NCBI GenBank assembly: GCA_951406725.2
Contig: OX597820.1
Location: forward strand, 109,244,001-109,308,000
DNA from: Octopus vulgaris
Lineage: Eukaryota
Length of the DNA: 64,000 bases
Direction: 5' to 3'
The notes below the pieces were generated by a model, which was not told where the DNA came from, searched no databases, and saw only the letters and a list, made by a program, of their open reading frames with translations. Below, in pieces: positions 16,885 through 28,238 of this stretch. Within the stretch, counting starts at the first letter, position 1; each line of letters opens with the position of its first letter. The translations under genes were made by a program, and so were the position numbers.

Positions 16885-17300
16885 TTTACTCTCTCTTTTT
16901 ATTTTTTTTTTTACTTGTTTCAGTCATTTGACTGTGGCTATGCTGGAGCACCGCCTTTAGTCAAGCAAATCAACCCCAGGACTTATTCTTTGTAAGCTTA
17001 GTACTTATTCTATTCATCTCTTTTGCCGAACTACTAAGTTATGGGGACGTAAACACACCAGCATTGGTTGTCAAGCGATGTTGGGGGGACAAACACACAC
17101 ACACACACACACATATACAAGCACACATATATATATATACAACAGGCTTCTTTCAGTTTCCGTCTACCAAATCCACTCAAGGCTTTGGTCGGCCTGAGGC
17201 TATAGTAGAAGACACTTGCCCAAGGTGCCACGCAGTGGGACTGAATCCGGAACCATGTGGTTGGTAAGCAAACTACTTACCACACAGCCACTTCTATGCC
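16885..17300 (-). mobile_element. tRNA-derived SINE, near full length
   Basis: Matches 48248-48656 including the internal (CA)/(TA) tract. Confidence 0.88.
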
Positions 17301-17599
17301 TTTTGAAGAAATAGAAAGAAGTGCTTCTAATTTGCTTATGTCATTTGGACACATGTACACAAGTATACCTCTCCCTACTGATTTTGTTTGCTTTAAATTT
17401 CAGAAGGATGGATATTATTTCATGAAATTTTCTATAAATATCCTTCAGATTGTTTAGATTATAATTATAGCAGAATTTGTTATAAAAAACATTTTCAGAG
17501 GTGGCAGGAGAGGAGTTTAAGATACTTCACATGCCTCCTTGACTCTCTTTCCTTACAAGGTTTAGGAAAATGGGCATCTTTTGATGAAATTTTCTTTGA

Positions 17600-17945
17600 T
17601 GTAGGCTTGGCTGTGTGGTGAGAAGTTTGCTCTGGATTCAATTCTACTACATGGCATCTTGGGCAAATGTTTTCTACTATAGCCTTGGGCCAACCAAAAC
17701 CTTGGGAGTCAATTTGGAAACTGAAAGAAGCTTGTTTTGTGTGTGTGTGTGTGTGTGTGTGTCTTTGTGTCTGTGTTTATGTCTACATAACATAGCTGTT
17801 TGGCAAAAGAGAACAATAGATTAAGTACCAGTCCTTTAAAAGATATTACTGGGGCCGATTCATTTGACTAAAATTCTTCAAGGTGGTGCCCCAGGAATAC
17901 CACAATCAAATGCCTGAAACAAGTAAAAGATAAATGATAAATACT
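17600..17945 (+). mobile_element. tRNA-derived SINE, diverged, opposite orientation
   Basis: ggctgtgtggtgagaag..cttgggcaaatgttttctactatagcc..ctgaaagaagc (GT)n ..ctgaaacaagtaaaaga. Confidence 0.75.
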
Positions 17946-18032
17946 TTTCAGATGGTGTAAGTTCTGATTATACAAGAGTTTAGTGTGAAAAGCATGGGGA
18001 GGGGGATATTTCATGTATCTCAATATAATTTG

Positions 18033-19471
18033 AATGCTGAGTCACTATCAGAACTAGAGAAGTTTCAGGTGTGGAAGCAAAGATTAGAATCGAAGGGCCT
18101 TAGAGTCAACCTAGCAAAAACCAAAGTCTTAGTTAGCTGGAAGGCAGTCAAACCACAAATCCCTTCATGTAGACGGCCCTGCTCGATCAGTAGAAAAGGC
18201 GTAGGTAGAGACTCCACAAGATGTACCCAGTGTAAACTATGGACACATAAGAAGTGCAGTAATATCAAAGGAAGGCTAACTGGGAAGATAGTTTTTGTAT
18301 GTGGCAGATGCTCAGGAGCAATAAACACTGAAAATGTGCAGAGAACAACTTTCGCCACATTCCAGGAAGAAAAACTAGAAGTAATTGATAGCTTCCATTA
18401 CCTAGGTGCCCAAATCAGTAGCAGGGGAGGGTATGCTGAAAGTGTAGCTGCTAGAATAAGAATAGCCCGGGCAAAGTTCAGAGAGCTCTTATCTCTGCTG
18501 GTGACAAAAGGCCTCTCACTCAGAGTAAAAGGTAGACTGTTTGATGCATGTGTACGAACAGCCATGCTACATGGCAGTGGAACATGGGCAGTGACTGCTG
18601 AGGACGTGCGTAAGCTTGCAAGGAATGAAGCCAGTATGCTCCGATGGATGTGTAATGTCAGTGTGCATACTCGACAGAGTGTTAATACCTTGAGAGAAAA
18701 GTTGGACCCAAGAAGCATCAGATGTGGTGTGCAAGAGAGACGACTGTGCAGGTATGGTCATGTGTTGTGAATGGATGAGGAGAGCTGTGTAAAAAAGTGT
18801 CACACCCTAGCAGTTGAGGGAACTAACGGAAGCGGTAGACCCAGGAAGACCTGGAATGAGGTGGTGAAGCACAACCTTCGAACATTAGGCCTCACTGAGG
18901 CAATGACTAGTGACCGAGACATTTGGAGATATGCTGTGCTTCAGAAGACCCAGCAAGCCAAGTGAGACTATAACCATGCCAGTGCTGTATAACCAGCTCA
19001 TTTAAGAGTACCCTTCAATCATTGGACAATGAACTCTGCTTGCGAAGACCTGTTGAGGCAAGTGAAAATGCTGTTGTGGCTGATGACAGTATTGCCTGAT
19101 TGGCACCCATGCCAGTGGAATGTTAAAAGCACCATTTGAGTGTGATCGTTGCCAGGGCTGCTGACTGGCTCTCATGCCGGTGGCATGTAAAAATAAGCAC
19201 CATTTGAGCGTGGTTGTCACTGTGTAGACTGGCTCCTGTGTAGGTGGCACATAAAAAACACCATTTGAACATGGCCAGTGCCAGCACTACATGAGTGGCA
19301 CGTAAAAGCACCCACTACACTCTCAGAGTGGTTGGATTTAGGAAGGGCATCCAGCTGTAGAAACTTTACCAGATCAGATTGGAGACTGGTGCAGCCTTCT
19401 GGCTCGCCGACCCTCATTCAAACCATCCAACCCATGCCAGCATGGGAAACGGACGTTAAACGACGATGATG
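18033..19471 (+). mobile_element. RTE-clade LINE, 5'-truncated, with PHD-like insertion, 3' UTR sub-repeats and (GAT)n tail
   Basis: AESLSELEKFQVWKQRLESKGLRVNLAKTKVL..SFHYLG..KGRLFDACVRTAMLHGS..; premature stop at 18768-18770; tail as in other copies. Confidence 0.92.
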
Positions 19472-20785
19472 AATTTAATTACAGTTATGTTGAAAAAATT
19501 ACTTTTGAGAACTACTCCACCCTTTCTCAAAAAGGCTCTGAAAGAAATCTTTGTAGAAAGGATAGTACAATGCTAACACTAATTATTGAATACATGTTTT
19601 TCATTATTTTATTGCAATCTTAATCTCTCTCTTTTAAACAAACTGAAATGTGGGTCATCCTCTATGCGGTCATTAAGTATGCTAGAAGTAGCTGTAATCA
19701 CATGGGTCTCAAAAGTAATTATTTTTTTTTTCTGGCAACATAATTGTAATTAAATCATCAAAGTGTATCAGAAAAGCAAAGCTGAGATGCCTAAAATCTC
19801 TCTCTCTCTCTCTCTCTTTCATACACACACACATACACGCACTTTTTACCACATTAAATTCTTATATATAAACATTGTCTAAACCATCTGGAAGTTATTT
19901 GTTGAAAATTTTATTAAAAAATATCTATTCTTCTGAAAGCTATGAAGAAACAAATTCCTCTCCCAAAAAGAAAAGTTTTTCACAACAAATTCCAATATGA
20001 TTGTAATCTACACCATCTGAAATGTATTTGTAGAAACTTCCATTAGTAAATATCCATTTTGCAGAAAGTTATGAGAAAACAGATTCAGAGGACACACTTC
20101 TGTAGTTACACCCTAAATTTACTGGGGGAGTGAGTACTGTTAGATGACATAAAGGAAAATTTCATGTAGTATACAAGAAAAATTACTCAAATGTGTAAAT
20201 ATCACTTAGCAACTGACAGAAAACAGTCCAGAGGGCAACCTTTCTGCTAGTAACAGTAATGAACGTGTTGTGTATAATGCTTAGGTTCATTATGACTCAT
20301 TGGGAGGGCAGAAAGCAGTAATAAGTGGAGAAAGATAGCAATGGTTCCTAAACGTAAATGCATAGTACACAGGATAAAACACCAGACATCATCATTTTCA
20401 CTATTTTAATGTCTACTTTTCTGTGATGGATAGGTTCATAATGGCATATTTTTGTGTGTACCATTCATTTCATTACAGCTTTGACTTATCTATAACACTC
20501 TACAACTAAGATCTGATCTCACCATCTTTTCTCTTGTCTTCTTTGATTTGCCTCTATCACTGAGCCAACAGCATATCTAACCTTGTTTTGATGTAAAGAA
20601 GGAGAGTTGAATGGTGAGAGGAGTCAAATATCATGTTGATAGTGCTAAACACTAAAAAATAAAACTTTGGGAACCAGAACATTCTGATCTTTGGAATACA
20701 TAACTAATGTATCAGTTAAGACTTTTAAAATATATGTTGACAATTTCATAAGTATTCTAATTTGTCTTTCTTCATTTCTCTGTAG

Positions 20786-20915
20786 AATGGTAAAAATTTA
20801 CAACCGGCTGCACCGAACATTGGGCATACTGACATATTTTACCTGTCAGTCCTGGGAATGGACATTCAATAATCCAGATATGTTGAAGAACCAGCTCTCT
20901 TCAGAAGATAGAAAA
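20786..20915 (+). CDS. FAR1: Fatty acyl-CoA reductase exon (MVKIYNRLHRTLGILTYFTCQSWEWTFNNPDMLKNQLSSEDRK)
   Basis: ctgtag acceptor, gtatgt donor, 130 nt, phase 2/0; YFT..W.W and L..ED.K motifs. Confidence 0.95.
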
Positions 20916-21397
20916 GTATGTCAGAACTGTTTTATTGATATTTTATGTTCTATTTTCTGTTAATTAGTTAATTAGAAGAAGTATTTTTTTTTAGTTTCTT
21001 TTTAACTCTAATGTGTTCTGAGAGCTTTTTAAATAGCTAGTAGCGCTTCTATGATTATGGCCACGATATTAGTTTATGCACTGTGGTATATTCTAATAAG
21101 TTTGTTTCCTTTTCATCAGTTAATATTGTTGATAATGTAGCTTTATAAACACTGTAGTGTTCTCTTTATAAATGATATATGATTAACATATACATATTTT
21201 TTTAGTTTTACTTGTTTCAGTTATTGGACTACGGCCACACTAGGGCACTATCTTGAAGGGTTTAGTAGAACAAATTGACACCATTTTAAGCTTGCTATCA
21301 GTCTCTCTTTGTTGAACCACTAAGTTACAGGGATATAGACAAACTAACCCCCATACACACAAAGGTGACTTCCACCATATATATATATATACATACA

Positions 21398-24300
21398 CTT
21401 TATTTAAAAGCAGCAGAAATATAACAAAAGCTGTTACTCAGAGTTTCATGTTCTTGTTCGTTTGACATCATCATCATCATCATTGTTTAATGTCCGCTTT
21501 CCATGCTAGCATGGGTTGGACGATTTGACTGGGGTCTGGCGAACCAGATGGCTGCACCAGACTTCAATCTGATCTAGCAGAGTTTCTACAGCTGGATGCC
21601 CTTCCTAACGCCAACCATTCCGAGAGTGTAGTGGCTGCTTTTACGTGCCACCGGCATGAGGGCCAGTCAGGTGGTATTGGCAACGGCCACGCTCAAATGG
21701 TGCTTTTTATGTGCCACTTGCACAGGAGACAGTCCAGTGGCACTGGCAACAACCTCGTTCGAATGTTTTTTCATGTGCCACCAGCACAAGTGCCAGTAAG
21801 GCGATGCAGGTAACGATCACGCTCGAATGGTGTTTTTTATGTGCCACCGGCACAGAGGCCAGCTTGTTGCTCTGGCAACAATCATGCTCGTATGGTACTC
21901 TTTGCGCTCCACTAGCATGGATGCCAGTCATCGAATTTGATTTCGATTTCACTTGTCTCAACAGGTCTTCCCAAGCAGAGTTTAATGTCCAATGAAGGAA
22001 AGGTATGCATAAGTGGGCTGGTTACACCCCTGGCATAGGCCACGAGGTTATGGTCTCACTTGAGCTTACTGAGTCTTCTCAAGCACAGCATATTTCTAAA
22101 GGTCTCGGTCACTAGTCATTGCCTCAGCGAGGCCCAATATTCGAAGGTCGTGCTTCACCACCTCATCCCAGGTCTTCCTAGATCTACCTCTTCCACAGGT
22201 TCCCTCAACCGCTAGGGTGTGGTACTTTTTCACACAGCTATCCACATCCATTCTCTCCACATGGCCATACCAGCACAGTCGTCTCTCTTGCATACCACAT
22301 CTGATGTTTCTTAGGTCCAACTTTTCTCTCAGGGCACTAACACTGTCGAGTATGAACACTGACATTACACATCCATCGGATCATACTGGCTTCATTCCTT
22401 GCAAGCTTACGCATGTCCTCAGCAGTCACAGCCCATGTTTCATTGCCATGTAGCATGGCTGTTCATACACATGCATCATACAGTCTACCTTTTACTCTGC
22501 GCGAGAGGCCCTTTATCACCAGCAGAGTTAAGAGCTCTCTGAACTTTGCCCTAGCTATTCTTATTCTAGCAGCTACACTTTCAGCGCACCCTCCTCCGCT
22601 ACTGACTTGGTCACCTAGGTAACGGAAGCTATCAATTACTTCTAGTTTTTCTTCCTGGAATGTGGCGGAAATTGTACTCTGCATATTTTCAGTGTTTATT
22701 GCTCCTGAGCACCAGTTAGCCTTCCTTTGATATTGCTGCACCTCTTATGTGTCCATAGCTTACACTGGGTACATCTTATGGAGTCTCTACCTACGCTTTT
22801 TCTATAGATCGAGCAGGGCCATCTACCTGAAGGGATTTGTGGTTTACCTGCCTTCCTACTTATTAGGACTTTGGTTTTAGCTAGGCCCTTCAATTCTAAT
22901 CCTTGTTTTCACACTTGAAGCTTTTCCTCTAGTTCTGATAGTGACTCAGCAATTAGAGCAAGGTCGTTAGCATAGAGGAGCTCCCAGGAGCATCCTGTCT
23001 TGAATTCCTCCGTTATTGCCTGGAGGACTATGATAAATAGGAGGGAACCTTGGTCAACAGTTTTGTTAAAATGGAACAGAAATAACGATATAATCAAAAC
23101 TAGTTAAAGGAGACACCCTTAAAAATGGATTCGTTTCATTGGTCCTTTCAATTAACGGTCTGAAGCATACAATGGACAAAATAAATGAATTCAATATAAA
23201 TTCATCCTACTGTAAAATCAAAGAAAACTTTAAATTGAAGAGTGGATTTGAAGTGCATATTGTAAATAATTACATAGGAAATACAAATCAATTAATACAC
23301 TAAAATTAACATTTTCATACTGCATGACATAAATATTTTACAACAGTATATACCCATACTAGACCAGCTATAATATACATATATACAGCAAAATACACAG
23401 ATGCATGCACATAGTTACATACATATGCAGGCATATATGTAAGACATAAATATACGCACAAATACACATATACATATATGCACACAACCATACGCATGTA
23501 CAAAAATCTCTATGTCACGTTGAAAGGCCAGGTTTCATTTTCTTTTAATTCCCAGACATATTTTGCCAGGCTGGTCTTTGTCCTATTTTTGGGGTATTGG
23601 AAGAAATTTCTATGAGAATAAAATCGGTACTTGAAAGTATTTTCAGAAGCCCCTGTGTAAGTTCTATATTCATGTGAGCCTTCTATTTGCACTTTGGCTC
23701 TATACACAATTCCTCTCCAGACATTTTCCTTCTAACAGACAGGAGGTCCCATCTTTGCAATTGTAATTCTTGGGAAAAGAATCGGCAGTGTGGTTATTTG
23801 CAATTATCTTATTGTTGTGTTGGTTAATGAAAGAGGCAAAGTTTTTGCAACAAGAATAGCTGATCTTAAGCATTTTTCTATTAAATATTCTATAAAACTT
23901 ATGGTTAGCTTGAAATTGTCTAGAGAGTAATTCTAAGAATTCCCTACCTACATTTGTTTTTACAGCCATATTAACAGCTCGGTTGAACCACAAAACCCTC
24001 CTTGTCATAGTTCTATGTGTTGCATTAATGGTAGCATCAAGTTGGTTATACTGGATCTTCTCAGAGAATCCACTATTCCTTAATGTGCTATTATAAAAGG
24101 GTGCAGCATTTTGAAATGCTGCCTCATGTGAAGAAATTGACAATATTCGTCTACCAACGTTACTAAGTTCCTAAGAATAACTGGCAGATGATTGGATTCT
24201 TTGCTAATATAAGATAACTTATCATTAGGCTTACAGTAAGGTTTGAATTTATCTGACTGTAAATCTAAATTTATATCTAAGAAATCTACACTTTTATGGT

Positions 24301-24423
24301 TAGTATCTATCGTAATCCATAAGCTCATCCTTTGGAAGAGAACAATTAGATCCTTCGTAAGCTTATCTAATTCATGGCCATTTAAATTCTGGGTGACTAT
24401 AAGGCCATCATCTCTATATAATC
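21398..24423 (-). mobile_element. Penelope-like element (same family as 6741-9172), interrupted by an RTE at 21466-23050
   Basis: 21398-21466 and 23055 onward join to reproduce 6741-6840; ORF pieces YRDDGLIVT, WFNRAV, NCKDGTSCLLEGKCL, RTYTGASE. Confidence 0.88.
21466..23050 (-). mobile_element. RTE-clade LINE, 5'-truncated, nested in Penelope
   Basis: QGSLLFIIVL..WELLYANDLAL (degenerate YADD), KTKVL, Cys-rich insertion, SFRYLG, GRGRSRKTW; (CAT)n tail at 21466. Confidence 0.92.
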
Positions 24424-24437
24424 ATGGATTATATAGA

Positions 24438-25337
24438 AGACGAGCCCCATCCTGAAAGATCTATAGAGCTCAATGAGGATGTCCTGCAAACCCTGGTGTA
24501 ATTGTTGAGGAACTAGGGGAAAAGTTTGGATTTGGTCATTCAACCATTCATTGACACCTGTGTGCCATTGGGAAAGTCAGCAAATTGAGTGAATGGGTTC
24601 CTCACAAATTTTCTGAGTCTAATAGCATGCAGAGAGTGAAGGTGTGCTCTTCTTTTCTATCATGTCTTGCGAATGAACCTTTTTTGGACTGAATAGTGAC
24701 TGGTGATGAGAAATGGGTTCTCTGTAAAAATGTCAAGCACCAAAGACAGTGGGCAGGAAAAGAAGAAGCACCAGCACCCCAGGCTAAAGAAGGTCTTCAC
24801 CCATGTAGGGTGTTGTTATCGGTTTGGTGCGATATGAAAGGTTTAGTCCACTTTGAACTTTTAAACCCAAACCAAATGATAACAAAGATCTGCTGTGAGC
24901 AGCTTTAGTCAGCGCTAGAAGAAAAACAAACATCTTTGGTTTCAAGATGAATGGTGTTCTTTCATCAGGGTAATGCTCGGCTACATACAACAAGGATGAC
25001 ATTCCAAAAGCTGGAGCAGTTTGAATGGTAAACAATGCTTCACCCACCATATTCACCAGACATTGCCCCATCTAATTCTGATTCTGCAGTCTTCAAAATC
25101 ATTTGGACAGAAAAAATATATATTCTGCAGACGAGGTCAGAACAGTATTTGAAGAGTATTTTTCATTACGGACAAGTGAATTTTGGAAGAGGGGCCTTGC
25201 AAGTCTACCAGATAGATGGAAGAGCGTTGTAGAAAATGAAGGAAAATATATTTTAGATTAAAAAAGAACTTTGTTTATCTTAATTTTGAAAAATAAAAGA
25301 AGTATAAAAACACTATTATTTATGGGGCGAACTAATA
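24438..25337 (+). mobile_element. 5'-truncated mariner transposon remnant
   Basis: WVPH, IVTGDEKWV, HPPYSPDIAPS motifs in broken frames; right end ttatttatggggcgaactaaTA. Confidence 0.85.
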
Positions 25338-25574
25338 TATATAATATATAAATGTAACCACATGTGAATCGTTGGTGATTTTCTTCCTCCATCTTCCTTT
25401 CTATTGTTTCCAAAGAAGAGCGTTTGCTTGAAACGTTAACCCATCTTTCTTTCCTTCCCTGAGCGTCTGCTAATAATTTACATGTACCACATCCTCATGT
25501 TGTTGTTTTTTTTGTGTTTGTTCTTCTTTTTTTGGATTTACTATATATATGTGTGTGTGTGTGTGTGTATGTGT

Positions 25575-26135
25575 TCTTTTACTTTGCAGTCATTTAACTA
25601 CAGCCCTTATTATATGATGGGCTTCTTTTAGTTACAGTCTACCAAATCCACTTGTTAGACTTTGATCAGCTCAGGGTTATAACAGAAGACACTTGCTCTA
25701 GATGCCACACCTGGAACCATGTAGTTGAGAAGCAAACTTCTTACCACAGAGCTATGCCTGTATATATTATATATAGGTGCAAGTATGAGTTTATGATTAA
25801 AAAGTCTGCTATGTAATCACATGGTTTCAAGTTCAGTCCACTGCACAGTAGCAAGTAGCTTCTTTAGTTTTGGGTTGACTAATGCCCGGTGAATAGATTT
25901 GGTAAGCAGAAACTGTGTGAAAGCCTACCATGTATATGTATGCAAGTGTTTGCATTTGTCCTCCCCTTCACCACCTGAAAGAGTTTATATCATTGTAACT
26001 TAACAGTTTGGCAAAAAGACACTGATAGAATAAGTATCAGACTTAAAATATATAGTAGGGTCAGTTTATTCAACTGAACTCTTCAAAGTGGTGTCACAGC
26101 TTGGTTGCAGGCCAGTGACTGAAACAAGTGAAAAA
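25575..26135. mobile_element. Two diverged SINE copies back to back (- then +)
   Basis: 25575-25760 matches the SINE on -, 25775-26135 matches it on +. Confidence 0.65.
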
Positions 26136-26304
26136 TCTCCAATTGAGGTTTCACTTTTTTCTTCCACAGTAGACATTAGAAATCCAAACTACACTGCAAA
26201 GATGATGTGATCTTGTGACATGTACATACTTCTTTGAAAGACATTATGTTTTTTTGCATTAGTTAGTTGGTTACTTCTATTATTATTATTATTATTATCA
26301 TTAA

Positions 26305-26515
26305 GGTGGCAAACTGGCAGAATCATGAGCATGCTGGGTAAAATGCTTAGCGGCATTTCATCTGTTTTTATGTTCTGAGTTCAAATTCTGATGGGGTCAA
26401 CTTTGCCTTTTGTCCTTTTGGGGTCGATAAATTAAGTACCAGCGAAACACTGGGGTCAATGTTAAAACTAGTTCTCTCCCCTTAAATTTCAGGTCTTGTG
26501 CTTATAGTAGAAAGG
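26305..26515 (+). mobile_element. tRNA-derived SINE, second family (Deu/Nin-like central domain)
   Basis: A-box-like tggcagaatc, B-box gagttcaaattc, then gtcaactttgccttttgtccttttggggtcgataaattaagtaccag; domain assignment is from memory of Deu/Nin SINEs. Confidence 0.7.
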
Positions 26516-27291
26516 ATTTTTTTTTTTATTTAATCCAAGGATTAAGGTCATTAGCAAAATGCTTGTAACTTTGACTTGCTTTCCAAAGCTTTTGCAGTCA
26601 ATACTCAACTTGAGCTTTGTCGGCTGATTGCATGTAGGGAAAGCATCAGCAAAGAGTGTTTTACCAAGGATTTGCAGTTTTGAGAAGGAAAGGTTATCTT
26701 TAGTAGAGGTGAGGGGAATGATGAGAAAAGGAGAAGTTGCATCAGATGATACAGAGCTTGTTAGCTAAGTGGAGTAAGAAACGTAGTAGTGCCTAACTGC
26801 AGATACAGTTGTGTACTGGTGACAAGTTAAACATCTCCCTTTTCTGCATCTCCTGCGTCTTCTTGCCCTTTCTGTTTTAAAACTCCCTCCTCCTCTGAAC
26901 TGCCTATGTATGTACTTTTATTTACCTTGTATGTGCTTTATTTACCTTCCTCTTCTACTCTACCCTTAAATTTTCTCACACCATGATGTAAATCGCTATT
27001 TTGCCAATAATTCTACCCTGGTTAAGGAGGCTGGTGTTATAATATTTATACAAATCCTCTGCTGGTTGCATATACTTGACTTTTTGTGCACCCCATTACA
27101 ACTATTATGTAATTCCAAGCACCCAGAAAGAGTTGTTGGACTTAAAATACCATGCCATTTCCTGTTAGTTTTCTGTATTTTTTGTACTCCATGTAAATTT
27201 ATTTTGTAAATATATAAACATCTATATGCTCATACATGAGTGTTCATCTGAATATTTTTCAGTTTCTCTCTCTCTCTCATATATATGATGA

Positions 27292-27334
<43 letters not shown>

Positions 27335-27358
27335 CATACACACACACACACATATATA

Positions 27359-27545
27359 TGAGAGAGTACTGAAAAGTTTCTGGTTTGAAGGGAACCTTCT
27401 GAGATCTTTACAGAGCTTAGAGAAACTGAAGGACTGCTGCAATAACTGTGTGAATCTAAAAGGGGAATATGTTGAATAAAATCATAATTAAATGATTCTC
27501 CTATATTTTATTTTACCCAAGTGGGGAACTTTTCAGCACCCCTCG
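27359..27545 (+). mobile_element. Internally deleted mariner derivative
   Basis: Imperfect TIRs (gagagagtactgaaaagttt / aacttttcagcacccctcg) resembling the 15092 element; retains transposase C-terminus KGEYVE*. Confidence 0.65.
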
Positions 27546-27807
27546 TGTGTGTGTGTGTATGTATGTTTTTTTCATATATCAAGCCCTGTTTGTAGCCATC
27601 ACTAAAGCCATATCATCTCACATGCATTTTTCTTATAACCACTCTTTACCTACAGACTTAATCTTCGATAAAGACTTCAGAGTATAACTTCAAATCATTT
27701 GAGTTCTACTATGTACTTTCTATAGTGAGGATTTCTGGATCTCACCTATTGACTGTTTGTCTCTCTCTCTCTCTTTCATATATATATATGTGTGTGTGTG
27801 TATATGT

Positions 27808-28150
27808 CATCATCATCATCGTTTAACGTCCGTTCTCCATGCTAGTATGGGTTGGACGGTTCGACCGGGGATCTGGGAAGCCAGAAGGCTGCACCAGGCT
27901 CCGGTCTTATCTGGCAATGTTTCTACAGCTGGATGCCCTTCCTAACGCCAACCACTCTGTGAATGTAATGGGTACTTTTTACGTGCCACCTGCACTGGTG
28001 CCAGGCGAGGCTGGCATCGGCCACAGTCGGATTGGTGCATTTTATGTGCCACCGGCACGGAAGCCAGTCGAAGCGGCATTGGCTTTGGCCACGATTCGGA
28101 TGGTGCTTTTTACGTGTCACCGACACAGAAGCCAGTCGAGGCGGCGCTGG
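27808..28150 (-). mobile_element. RTE-family tail fragment
   Basis: (CAT)n followed by gtttaacgtccg..ctggatgcccttcctaacgccaaccactc and sub-repeats. Confidence 0.85.
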
Positions 28151-28200
28151 CTTCTGTGTCTGTATATATATGTGTATATATATATATATATATGTATTTG

Positions 28201-28235
<35 letters not shown>

Positions 28236-28238
28236 ATA

